DNA from: Sedimentisphaeraceae bacterium JB056
GTDB taxonomy: Bacteria > Planctomycetota > Phycisphaerae > Sedimentisphaerales > Sedimentisphaeraceae
Direction of reading: 5' to 3'
Length of the DNA stretch: 64,000 nucleotides
NCBI GenBank assembly: GCA_044440125.1
Contig: JBITAJ010000027.1
Coordinates: 32,001-96,000 of the forward strand
The notes under the pieces were generated by a model that did not search any database, had not been told where the DNA came from, and was given only the letters and a program-made list of their open reading frames with translations. Below, piece after piece: positions 19,804-28,666 of the stretch (the first letter of the stretch is position 1; each line of letters opens with the position of its first letter). The position numbers were made by a program, and so were the translations under genes.

Positions 19804-20499
19804 ATGCTTAAAACGACACCGCTTGAAACTTTGCATAAGCAATTTGATGCGGAATTTACAGAATATTATGGATACTCAATGCCCGGCAGTTATTCACAGC
19901 TCTCCAAAGAGCTTGATGGATTGAAGCAGAGCAGTGCGGCATTTGATCTTTGCGCTTTTTCAAGAGTTGCGATAAGTGGAAAAGATGCCGAAGAGCTCTT
20001 GAATACTGTTTTTCCGAAAGCTTCATTGCCGTCGGAAGAATGCTGGGATTGGGCCTCGGAAGATAAAAAAGTTCGTATTTTGAATAGTTCAAACGAATAC
20101 CTTCTGCTAATCCATCCTCAGATCAGTGACAATATTCTTGAGAGGGTCAATTCGATTGCTTCAAGAATGAAGGTTAATATAACTGATAAGACAGAAAAAA
20201 CGGCTATGCTTGGGGTCTACGGGCCAAGTTCTTATGAGATGATTGGCAGTATTATTCCTTTGGATATTACAGCTCTTGAGCCGGGCAAGGTTATGAACGT
20301 GTCGTTTTTCATGATGTCTTTGACTATGATCAGAGGCAGCTGGCTTGGCAGTGACGGAGTAGAGTTGATATGTCCTGTTGGTGCATCGAAATTTGCGACA
20401 CAGGCCATAGGGAAGTATCAGAAGCGTGAAAGCATTGTGCCTGCCGGTACTGTTTGCTTTGAAGCGGCTTTTGAGGAATATGTTTCACAAACAGTATAG
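19804..20499 (+). CDS. GcvT-like (aminomethyltransferase folate-binding) protein, short form
   Basis: LKTTPLETLH, AFDL, LGVYGP and GVELI patterns; ends before the C-terminal barrel. Confidence 0.65.
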   Translation: MLKTTPLETLHKQFDAEFTEYYGYSMPGSYSQLSKELDGLKQSSAAFDLCAFSRVAISGKDAEELLNTVFPKASLPSEECWDWASEDKKVRILNSSNEYLLLIHPQISDNILERVNSIASRMKVNITDKTEKTAMLGVYGPSSYEMIGSIIPLDITALEPGKVMNVSFFMMSLTMIRGSWLGSDGVELICPVGASKFATQAIGKYQKRESIVPAGTVCFEAAFEEYVSQTV

Positions 20500-20522
20500 A
20501 CAAAAGAATTTGCATAATTAAC

Positions 20523-21299
20523 ATGTTTGCGATAATAAGCGATATACATTCAAATATTGAAGCACTCTCAGCGGTTATGGCTGACATAGAGCAACGCGGT
20601 ATAAAGACCGTGTATTGTCTGGGTGATATCCTTGGTTATGGACCTAACCCCAAGGAGTGTCTCGATGTTGTGATGGACAAGACTGAGTTGTGTGTCATGG
20701 GTAATCATGACTACGCTGTAATATACGAGCCTACGAATTTTAATCTTGGGGCTGAGCAGGCGGCATATTGGTGTCGTGATATGCTGGCCTCAGAGCAGGA
20801 TAAGGATATAGCCTCAAAGAGATGGCAGTTTCTTGTCAGCAGGCCGATGCGAGAGCGTTTGAAGTTGAAACTTGACGGCCAGAAGGCTACTCTTGATTTT
20901 GTACATGCTTCTCCAAGGCGGCCTATAAATGAGTATATCTTTCCTGATGATATTTTTTCATCACCGGCAAAGATTTCTTCACTTTTTGAGACGGTGGAGC
21001 ATGTCTGCTTCATAGGACACACTCACTTGCCGGGAGTATTCCTTGATGATCCTGATTTCTATACCCCTGATGAGCTCGGCGGCTACTATCCTATTGAGCC
21101 TGACGAAAAGGCGGTTATAAATGTAGGTTCTGTAGGCCAGCCAAGAGACAGGGATCCTCGTGCCAGTTATGCTTATGTTGAGGGTAATGAGGTTCATTTC
21201 GTGCGTGTTGAATATGATATTGATGCAGTGTCCAGAAAAATCTATGAGATTGATATGCTGGATGACTTTGAGGCCGACAGGCTTAAAGAAGGCAGGTAA
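20523..21299 (+). CDS. Metallophosphoesterase
   Basis: DIHSN, GDILGYG, GNHD, GHTH, NVGSVGQPRD. Confidence 0.9.
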   Translation: MFAIISDIHSNIEALSAVMADIEQRGIKTVYCLGDILGYGPNPKECLDVVMDKTELCVMGNHDYAVIYEPTNFNLGAEQAAYWCRDMLASEQDKDIASKRWQFLVSRPMRERLKLKLDGQKATLDFVHASPRRPINEYIFPDDIFSSPAKISSLFETVEHVCFIGHTHLPGVFLDDPDFYTPDELGGYYPIEPDEKAVINVGSVGQPRDRDPRASYAYVEGNEVHFVRVEYDIDAVSRKIYEIDMLDDFEADRLKEGR

Positions 21300-21392
21300 T
21301 GACTGAAGACATGAGGCAAGCAGTACCGCGACCATTAGGGAGCGGGTAAACCAGATAACTTAAAACTGATGATTAAGAACTTGAAATAAAAG

Positions 21393-23342
21393 ATGAACAA
21401 AAAGATATTTTTATTAGCGATATTGTTTTTCTGCTGCTTTGCGGCGATTGCGGAGCAGGCAACTGCTGAAACTCAGGCTACGGCAGTTAAGATTGAATCT
21501 GATGAACCTGCGATAAGCATTGATCTTGCTAATCTTTCAGCGATACCCGCAGAGGCGACTGTAAGGACAGTTGGTTCTGTTTTTCCTGATGACGGCTACA
21601 AGTTTGAGCTTCAGCTCAACAGCAAGGGTGCATCAATAGAGTATGCAAGGCTGACTGATTATTACACAAGGGGCAGTGAAGATGACCCAATGATGATTCT
21701 TGCTCCTTTGCTTGACGAAAACCAGCAGGAAATCATATCCCTTGCAAACAGTTATCTCAGTTTTGAGGGTTTTGAAGGACGTTTCCCGCTTCATAAGCTC
21801 AACTGGCGAACAGGTGAGATAAAGTCTACCGGTGATGGACAGGAAATATCTTATACCACAGAGCTTTCTGTTCCTGACTACGGCAACGTCATTACTTTGG
21901 TGAAGACCTATAGGGTTCTTAAAGATACTCGTCATTTATTCGTTGATTTTTCAATTGAAAATCTTACAGATGAGCCACTGAAGATTAACTTCGAAATCCA
22001 GAGTCCTGTTGGGCTTACCCGTGAGGAAGTTCGCAGAGACATGCGAAGTGTTACTGCCGCTTTTTCAAATCCTGCCGATCAGATCAAGTCTACGAGGCTC
22101 GATATCAATAAGGTCAGGTCTGCCGAGATTGAATATCTTCAGGCTAATGATGTAAGTGAATTGGAGAAAACTTATGTTGAACGTCCCAAGGGGACTAATA
22201 AGTTTGAGTGGGCATCTACCGGCAACAAATATTTTGCCGCTATCCTCAGGCCTCAAGATGCAACGGTTCAGAATCCGCAGGTAAATCGCTGCGAATATTA
22301 TGACAGCAAGATAATAAAGGGCTTGAGTGTTAAACAGCAGCCTGAAACCAATGACAGTGAAGGTGTCGGCTATAAGCTTTCTTATAAATCCATCGAGCTT
22401 GCTCCAAAGGGAGTTGAGGAAAGTACGCAGAAGTTCAATTATATGCTTTATCTTGGCCCTAAGGATAAGAGCCTTTTTGAGGATGATCCGCTCTACAGCA
22501 AGCTTGGGTTTGTGCAGTCGATTAATTTCCAGGCGTGCTGCGGTAATCTTTTCAGACCGATATCGTTTGCTATTCTTGCTCTTATGAAGGCGGTATATCA
22601 TGTTCTTCCGAACTATGGTATAATAATCATACTCCTGGTGCTTCTTGTTCGTACTCTTCTTCACCCGCTTACAAAGAAGAGTCAGGTCTCCATGATGAAA
22701 ATGGGCAAGCTTGGGCCAATGGTTGAGGAAGTGAAGAAGAAATACGGCAACAATCCTACAGAGATGAACAAGAGGGTTATGCAGCTCTATAAAGAGCAGG
22801 GTGCTAATCCGATGCTTGGGTTCCTGCCTATGATGATACAGATGCCGATCTGGATTTCTCTTTATGCCGCGATTAACGCGAGTATCGACCTTAGAGGGGC
22901 AGCGTTCCTGCCGTTCTGGATTACTGACCTTTCGGCTCCCGATATGCTTTTCAGTTTCCCGACCTTTACCGTGCCGCTGCTCGGGTGGCATATAAGCTCG
23001 TTCAATCTGCTGCCGCTTCTCCTTTCTGTTGGTATGGTGATGCAGCAGAAGCTTATGTCTTCATCGCAGACCGCTTCGGCTAATCCGCAAATGGCTCAGC
23101 AGCAGAAAATGATGATGGTGATGATGCCGGTGATGATGCTTATCTTCCTTTATACGGCTCCTTCGGGTCTTAACCTCTATATTATGGCCAGTACATTTGG
23201 CGGTGTGATAGAGCAGAAGGTTATCAAAAAACACATCAAAGAGCAGGAAGAAAAAGAGCGTTACGGCAAAGTACCAGTAACGGCTAAAACGGGCGGAAAA
23301 CCGAAAAAGAAAAAGCCAAAACCAATGTTCAAGAATAGATGA
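21393..23342 (+). CDS. yidC: Membrane protein insertase YidC
   Basis: YLGPK, NYGIIIILL, GFLPMMIQMPIW, WITDLSAPD, PSGLNLY. Confidence 0.95.
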   Translation: MNKKIFLLAILFFCCFAAIAEQATAETQATAVKIESDEPAISIDLANLSAIPAEATVRTVGSVFPDDGYKFELQLNSKGASIEYARLTDYYTRGSEDDPMMILAPLLDENQQEIISLANSYLSFEGFEGRFPLHKLNWRTGEIKSTGDGQEISYTTELSVPDYGNVITLVKTYRVLKDTRHLFVDFSIENLTDEPLKINFEIQSPVGLTREEVRRDMRSVTAAFSNPADQIKSTRLDINKVRSAEIEYLQANDVSELEKTYVERPKGTNKFEWASTGNKYFAAILRPQDATVQNPQVNRCEYYDSKIIKGLSVKQQPETNDSEGVGYKLSYKSIELAPKGVEESTQKFNYMLYLGPKDKSLFEDDPLYSKLGFVQSINFQACCGNLFRPISFAILALMKAVYHVLPNYGIIIILLVLLVRTLLHPLTKKSQVSMMKMGKLGPMVEEVKKKYGNNPTEMNKRVMQLYKEQGANPMLGFLPMMIQMPIWISLYAAINASIDLRGAAFLPFWITDLSAPDMLFSFPTFTVPLLGWHISSFNLLPLLLSVGMVMQQKLMSSSQTASANPQMAQQQKMMMVMMPVMMLIFLYTAPSGLNLYIMASTFGGVIEQKVIKKHIKEQEEKERYGKVPVTAKTGGKPKKKKPKPMFKNR

Positions 23343-23343
23343 T

Positions 23344-23382
23344 TTTTCAATTGATAATTAACAATTGAAAATGGATAATTAG
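23344..23382. repeat. Palindromic heptamer array (CAATTGA family)
   Basis: CAATTGA TAATTAA CAATTGA AAATGGA TAATTAG; the 22-mer at 23347-23368 is identical to 729-750. Confidence 0.75.
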
Positions 23383-23401
23383 CCTCCGGATTGTAAAAGA
23401 T

Positions 23402-23437
23402 AGAGAGACGTTTTTAATAAAGCGTCTCTTTTTTTTT
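23402..23437 (+). terminator. Intrinsic terminator after yidC
   Basis: AGAGACG/CGTCTCT stem plus long T-run. Confidence 0.8.
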
Positions 23438-23468
23438 CGCTTATAGAATGGATTAAGTTAGAATTAAC

Positions 23469-23503
23469 TTGCCTATTGTATAGTTTTTATATACAATAGG
23501 CAA
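23469..23503 (+). promoter_or_regulatory. Promoter overlapped by a perfect 14-bp inverted repeat (operator); leaderless start
   Basis: TTGCCTATTGTATA-N7-TATACAATAGGCAA; -35 TTGCCT and -10 TACAAT 17 bp apart; ATG begins 8 nt after the -10. Confidence 0.75.
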
Positions 23504-23504
23504 T

Positions 23505-24056
23505 ATGTTTGAGGCTGAAAAAATACTGAAAGCATTGTATCAGACTGATCAGTGCATGAAGTGGGAGGGTGATAAGGTTGAATTACTCCTTATTGGAGGT
23601 GCGGCGGCAATCCTTTCGGGGCTTTTGCCTCAGGAGAGAGTAACGCAGGATTGTGACGTTATGGATTATACGCCTTCTGACGCTAATGACGCGATTGTCG
23701 AGGCGGCAGCTAAGGCCGCTGAGAAAGAAGGGTTACCTGAAAACTGGTTGAGTTTTCAGGCGATGGGGCTGGATGTATTGCCAGATGGCTGGCGAGTGAG
23801 GCGCCAATTGATTTGCGAGTTTGATAAGATCAAAATATATGCCGCAAGCAGAATTGACTTGATTGCGATGAAATTCTATGCAAACAGACCTCAAGATCGT
23901 GAAGATATATTGAATATGAGACCAACAAAAGATGAATTGAGCTATATCGAAAAATATTTGAATATGCTTAAACTGCCAAAACGTAAAGCTGATTTAGACC
24001 AGATAGTTGATGCGTTGAGGCTGGTTTCTGTTATGAGGGATATTGATTTTGAATGA
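23505..24056 (+). CDS. DUF6036-like nucleotidyltransferase (putative toxin)
   Basis: LIGGAA...RVTQDCD pol-beta-type motif; DLIAMK...RPQDREDI. Confidence 0.75.
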   Translation: MFEAEKILKALYQTDQCMKWEGDKVELLLIGGAAAILSGLLPQERVTQDCDVMDYTPSDANDAIVEAAAKAAEKEGLPENWLSFQAMGLDVLPDGWRVRRQLICEFDKIKIYAASRIDLIAMKFYANRPQDREDILNMRPTKDELSYIEKYLNMLKLPKRKADLDQIVDALRLVSVMRDIDFE

Positions 24057-24747
24057 TATTTTAAAAGAGTGGAGCAGGCTTGGCGTTATATTTAACGTAG
24101 ATGAGTCAGACAGAACTCCTGATATAGAGAAGCTGTTGGTCAAGACTGCTTATGAGTTGCGGGGAAATTCACGCCTTTTCGTGATGGCTTTAAGCTGGCT
24201 CTGTATTTATCAGAGGTTTGTGTGTAAACACAGGCTTGCCTCTTTTGCCAGAAAAATTGAAGATTCGTTTGCCTCAGCTTCGCTTGGGCTTTTGTTGGAT
24301 ATGGCTAAAGAATATTCAGGTTCCGACCATTTCAATCTTGCAATAAAATTTTGCCGTGGTAATGAGAACCCCGAGCCGTTGTTTTTGTCTGACAACCGAA
24401 ATCCCGCTTTGGCTGGATTTGTGCAGTCAAGAAGTTGCAGCTTGGCTATTAAATGGGGACTTTGGTGCGAAGAAACGCAGATAAAGGTAGATTCAATACG
24501 TCCTCTCAGTTGGATTATGAAAAATAATCCGGCTTTGAAACAGCGTGCTATTTTTAATGGCAATCTGAAGGCTTCGATTCTTGAGACTATTGCTGATGAC
24601 CAAAAGACAGGCGAGAGTGAATCTTTGCTTGCTAAGTGCTGCAGTGCGACGAGAAAAGCTGTGAGAGAAGCTTTAGATCATCTTGAGTTTTGTCAAATGA
24701 TTCGAAGAGTACCAGATGGAAGCAGGATTCGTATTGAGATTGTTTGA
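24043..24747 (+). CDS. Hypothetical protein with C-terminal winged HTH (putative antitoxin/repressor)
   Basis: Overlaps the upstream gene by 14 nt; ESLLAKCCSATRKAVREALDHLE followed by a beta-hairpin. Confidence 0.6.
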   Translation: MILNDILKEWSRLGVIFNVDESDRTPDIEKLLVKTAYELRGNSRLFVMALSWLCIYQRFVCKHRLASFARKIEDSFASASLGLLLDMAKEYSGSDHFNLAIKFCRGNENPEPLFLSDNRNPALAGFVQSRSCSLAIKWGLWCEETQIKVDSIRPLSWIMKNNPALKQRAIFNGNLKASILETIADDQKTGESESLLAKCCSATRKAVREALDHLEFCQMIRRVPDGSRIRIEIV

Positions 24748-24824
24748 ATACGCATTTACGTGGCCAGCTTGGAAGGCTGGGGCTTTGATTGTGTCGTTTA
24801 ATTTCTCTAACCGTCATTTTGCGG

Positions 24825-26579
24825 TTAGTCGAATTTGATGTCTTTTATTATGAACTGTGGGGTTTTGACGTTTCTGAATTCATTCATTTGCGGCTCGTAG
24901 GCTATTGAGAAATAGTCCGTTTCGAGGAGTTTCTTTTCGAGATTGGCCATTCCAAACCCGACGCATGCCATTGATCCGCTCCTGTCCTTTACAGCGAATT
25001 GCAGATGATCGCCGCTGGCTCCAATCACTCTTGGCCGTCCTATCAATCTTACTCCGCGAGATGCGAAAACAGGTCTTGGATTACCGTTGCCGAATGGGCC
25101 GAGTTTTTCGAGTTGGAATATTGTGCGGTCATCAAAATCGCCCAGAGTAAATAACCCGTCTATATCGAGACTCTGCTCGAAGTGTTCATCTCTTATGTTT
25201 TCTTTTGCGTATTGTTCGAATGCCTCGGTAAACTCCGGTATCTTTTCGGTTTTTATCGAAAGTCCCGCGGCTTTTGCGTGTCCGCCGTAGCCGATAAGGT
25301 GCTCGCTGCACGCATCTATCGCTTCGAGTATGTTGAATCCGTCAATGCTTCTTGCCGATCCCTTTGCTACATCATCCTGGGTATGGAAAAGTATGGTGGG
25401 GCGGTAGAATTTGTCGAGCAGTCGTGATGCTACGATTCCCACAACGCCTATGTGCCAGCTCTCAGCGGCCAATACCAGTGATCGCCTGTCGGGATGATCC
25501 ATACCTGAGGCGGTGATCAGTGATGTGGCTTCCTTGAGTATCTGCTGCTCCACTTTTCGACGTTCATTATTTTGCTGCTTAAGGTATTCGGCGATTCGCA
25601 GAGACCTCAGCTCGTTGTCGCTTGTGAGAAGTTCGACCGCAAGCCTTGAATGTCCCATACGTCCGGCAGCATTGAGCATCGGAGCTATCTGGAAGGCTAT
25701 GTGTATACTGTCGATATCTTTGCCGTCAAGTCCGGCGGTTTTGATGAGTGCCTTCATGCCGGGAAGCTCTGACTGGCTTATCGAGTACAGGCCGTACTTT
25801 GTGAGCGAGCGATTTTCGCCGACAAGTTCCATGACGTCGGCTATCGTGCCGAGCGTTGCGAAATCTGTCGCGTGCAGCAGGAATTGCTTAAGTTCGCTCC
25901 TGATCTGGCCGCCTTTGTTTTTGTAGGCATTGCAGATTCCCCAAGCCAGTTTGAAGGCCACCATTGCGCCGCATGAGCCGGGGTGAGGGTAGTCCTCAAG
26001 CATCGGGTGCACTATCGCGGCAGCTTTTGGCAGTTCCTCGCCGGGGCAGTGGTGATCGGTTATGATAACCTCCATGCCCAGCTCACCGGCCAGCTTTGTC
26101 TCTTCGATGGCTGTTATACCGCAGTCTACCGTTATCATCAGTTGCGTGCCGTTTTCGGCAAGCTCACGGATTGAATCTGAATTCAGCCCGTAGCCTTCTT
26201 CGACTCTGTGGGGTATATAAAAATCGACATCCGCCTTAAGCATTGTAAGCAGTCGCCAGAGAATCGATGTTGATGTTATGCCGTCAACATCATAATCGCC
26301 GTAGACTGTAATTTTCTTGTTATCCGATACCGCCTTGATTATAAGCTCCACCGCAAGCGGCACACCTGTCAGTTTTTCAGGGGCGAGCAGGTCTGAGAGT
26401 CTTGGATTGAGGAACTTCTTAGCGGTATGCTCATCAACGCACTTGCGATTCAGCAAAACCTGGGAAACAACCTTGCTTACCGATAAGGTTGAAGCGAGCT
26501 GAGCAACGTGATTCTGATCAGGCTCCTGTATTGCCCATTGCCTGTTGATGCTTTCCAGTTTTTTCTTGAATCTTGCCAC
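24825..26579 (-). CDS. recJ: ssDNA exonuclease RecJ
   Basis: YGDYDVDG, TVDCG, TDHH, LGTIAD, NAAGR, GSARS, GGHAKAAG. Confidence 0.97.
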   Translation of the reverse strand: MARFKKKLESINRQWAIQEPDQNHVAQLASTLSVSKVVSQVLLNRKCVDEHTAKKFLNPRLSDLLAPEKLTGVPLAVELIIKAVSDNKKITVYGDYDVDGITSTSILWRLLTMLKADVDFYIPHRVEEGYGLNSDSIRELAENGTQLMITVDCGITAIEETKLAGELGMEVIITDHHCPGEELPKAAAIVHPMLEDYPHPGSCGAMVAFKLAWGICNAYKNKGGQIRSELKQFLLHATDFATLGTIADVMELVGENRSLTKYGLYSISQSELPGMKALIKTAGLDGKDIDSIHIAFQIAPMLNAAGRMGHSRLAVELLTSDNELRSLRIAEYLKQQNNERRKVEQQILKEATSLITASGMDHPDRRSLVLAAESWHIGVVGIVASRLLDKFYRPTILFHTQDDVAKGSARSIDGFNILEAIDACSEHLIGYGGHAKAAGLSIKTEKIPEFTEAFEQYAKENIRDEHFEQSLDIDGLFTLGDFDDRTIFQLEKLGPFGNGNPRPVFASRGVRLIGRPRVIGASGDHLQFAVKDRSGSMACVGFGMANLEKKLLETDYFSIAYEPQMNEFRNVKTPQFIIKDIKFD

Positions 26580-26729
26580 CGGCTACCCGAAATAATATAA
26601 CTAAGACGATTGCGATAAAGTACGCTGAACTGAGCGAAATATTATGCTTCTAAATCAGATCGCTGTTTCGTATGCCGTTTAAAAGTTTTACGGCAGGTGC
26701 TAATTATAGCAAAAGTGCCGGCATTTTAC

Positions 26730-26768
26730 AAAAAAAGCCTCGTTGCCAACGGCTGACAACGAGGCTTT
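26730..26768 (-). terminator. Terminator downstream of tRNA-Ser
   Basis: AAAGCCTCGTTG/CAACGAGGCTTT stem with A-run on + (U-run on -). Confidence 0.8.
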
Positions 26769-26772
26769 ACAG

Positions 26773-26857
26773 CGGAGGAGGAGGGATTCGAACCCCCGGA
26801 GGTTTGACCCTCAACGGTTTTCAAGACCGTCACCATAAGCCGCTCGGACACTCCTCC
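26773..26857 (-). tRNA. tRNA-Ser (anticodon TGA), CCA not encoded
   Basis: GGAGGAG/CTCCTCC acceptor stem, ACGGT-CTTGAAA-ACCGT anticodon arm, long variable arm, GTTCGAATC T-loop, discriminator G. Confidence 0.97.
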
Positions 26858-27101
26858 GGCATTGCAAATTAATGCTCAGGGTGGGTTATTATATAGAGAG
26901 GTGCACGGATTTCAACCCCTTTTGTCAATATTTTTTGCAACATTTGATATTTTTTAAGCATCATGCTTATTTATTGCTTTTATCTTGAGAGGTTGAATCA
27001 TTAAAAGACTTGCAAAAAAGTGATAATTTACGATAATAAAGCGGTTTGTAAAACAGTTTGTAGAGGTAAAATAAAGTAATGTTTTTTTTGAGTATGGATT
27101 T

Positions 27102-28568
27102 ATGACTGATAATTATGAATATCTACAGGAGCTTCTTGTAAAAGAGGCTGAAGGATCACTCAAACCGGCAGACAGGATGAAAATCCCGTCGCAGGATATG
27201 CCCCAGCAGGACCCGGACGTAAGACGTGAGAATGTTGAAGAGGTTGCCACCGGATACACTGAAAACCAGGCTCGCATTGAGGCTATGCGTTGTCTTCGTT
27301 GTAAAAACCAGCCGTGCGTAAAGGGGTGTCCGGTTGGAATCGAAATCAGGGATTTTGTCAGCGAGATAGCTGCTGGTGAGTATGATAAGGCGCTTGATAT
27401 TATCAAGAAGAATTCACTGCTTCCGGCCGTTTGCGGCAGGGTTTGCCCGCAGGAGTCGCAGTGTCAGCTTTACTGCACTGTTGGAAAGGGCCTTAAGGAC
27501 CCGATGAAGTCGGTTGCTATCGGTCGTCTTGAGAGATTCGTAGCCGACAGGGCGTTAGGAAAGGGCCCTGCTCCTGAGGTTGCTCCTGAGACAGGTAAAA
27601 AGGTTGCGATAATCGGTTCAGGCCCCGGCGGTATCGTTGCGGCGGCTGATTGCCGAAGGGCCGGCCATCAGGTTACTATGTTTGAAGCTTTCCACAAGCC
27701 CGGCGGCGTGCTGATTTACGGCATACCCGAATTCCGCCTGCCTAAGAAGCTTGTGGCAGAAGAGATAAAGACGCTCAAAGATATGGGCGTGGAGATAATA
27801 TGCAATTTCGTAGTCGGCAAGACGCGTACCATTAAGGAGCTGATGGAAAAGGACGGCTTCGATGCTGTTTATATCGGCGTTGGTGCAGGATTGCCGAAAT
27901 TCATGCAGATAGATGGTGAGATGCTTATCGGCGTCTACAGTGCAAATGAGTATCTTACACGTGCCAACCTGATGAAGGCTTATGCTTTCGGCAAGGGGGC
28001 TGATACGCCTATCACTGTGGGCAAGAATGTTGCCGTCATTGGCGGCGGTAATGTGGCGATGGATGCCGCGCGTACGGCTCTGCGTCTTGGTGCTGAGAAT
28101 GTGTATCTGATCTATCGCCGAAGCGAGGCTGAGATGCCGGCAAGGCTTGAGGAAGTGCACCACGCCAAGGAAGAGGGCATAAAATTTATGACGTTGCACA
28201 ACCCTGTACGTTTCATTGGTAACGAGGTCGACAGACTCAAGCAGGTTGAGTGCTTGCAGTATGAGCTTGGCGAGCCGGACGATTCGGGACGCCGCAGGCC
28301 TGTGCCGATTGAAGGCTCGGAGATGATTCTTGATATCGATGTGGCTGTGGTTGCTATCGGCAACTCATCAAATCCGCTGCTGCGTGAGACTACACCTGGC
28401 CTCAATTTCAACAAGTGGGGCAATATCGAGGTTGATGATACTTGTGCTACATCACTGCCGGGCGTATTCGCCGGCGGTGATATCGTACTCGGTGCCGCGA
28501 CAGTTATCCTCGCGATGGGACAAGGCCGAATCGCAGCAAAAGCAATTGATGAATATCTGAAGCAGTAG
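27102..28568 (+). CDS. Glutamate synthase small-subunit homologue (SudA/NfnB-like NADPH oxidoreductase)
   Basis: RCLRCKNQPCVKGCP, CGRVCPQESQC, GSGPGG, YGIPEFRLP, GGGNVAMD, GAATVILAMGQG. Confidence 0.9.
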   Translation: MTDNYEYLQELLVKEAEGSLKPADRMKIPSQDMPQQDPDVRRENVEEVATGYTENQARIEAMRCLRCKNQPCVKGCPVGIEIRDFVSEIAAGEYDKALDIIKKNSLLPAVCGRVCPQESQCQLYCTVGKGLKDPMKSVAIGRLERFVADRALGKGPAPEVAPETGKKVAIIGSGPGGIVAAADCRRAGHQVTMFEAFHKPGGVLIYGIPEFRLPKKLVAEEIKTLKDMGVEIICNFVVGKTRTIKELMEKDGFDAVYIGVGAGLPKFMQIDGEMLIGVYSANEYLTRANLMKAYAFGKGADTPITVGKNVAVIGGGNVAMDAARTALRLGAENVYLIYRRSEAEMPARLEEVHHAKEEGIKFMTLHNPVRFIGNEVDRLKQVECLQYELGEPDDSGRRRPVPIEGSEMILDIDVAVVAIGNSSNPLLRETTPGLNFNKWGNIEVDDTCATSLPGVFAGGDIVLGAATVILAMGQGRIAAKAIDEYLKQ

Positions 28569-28596
28569 TCAATTATCAATTGACAATTAAGAATCC

Positions 28597-28630
28597 AAGC
28601 CCGCAGACCTAATCCCCTGCGGGCTTATTT
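28597..28630 (+). terminator. Terminator hairpin between convergent genes
   Basis: AAGCCCGCAG/CTGCGGGCTT stem. Confidence 0.7.
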
Positions 28631-28666
28631 GATTTTGTTTTTGTAAAAAACGAATCTATGAATCTG

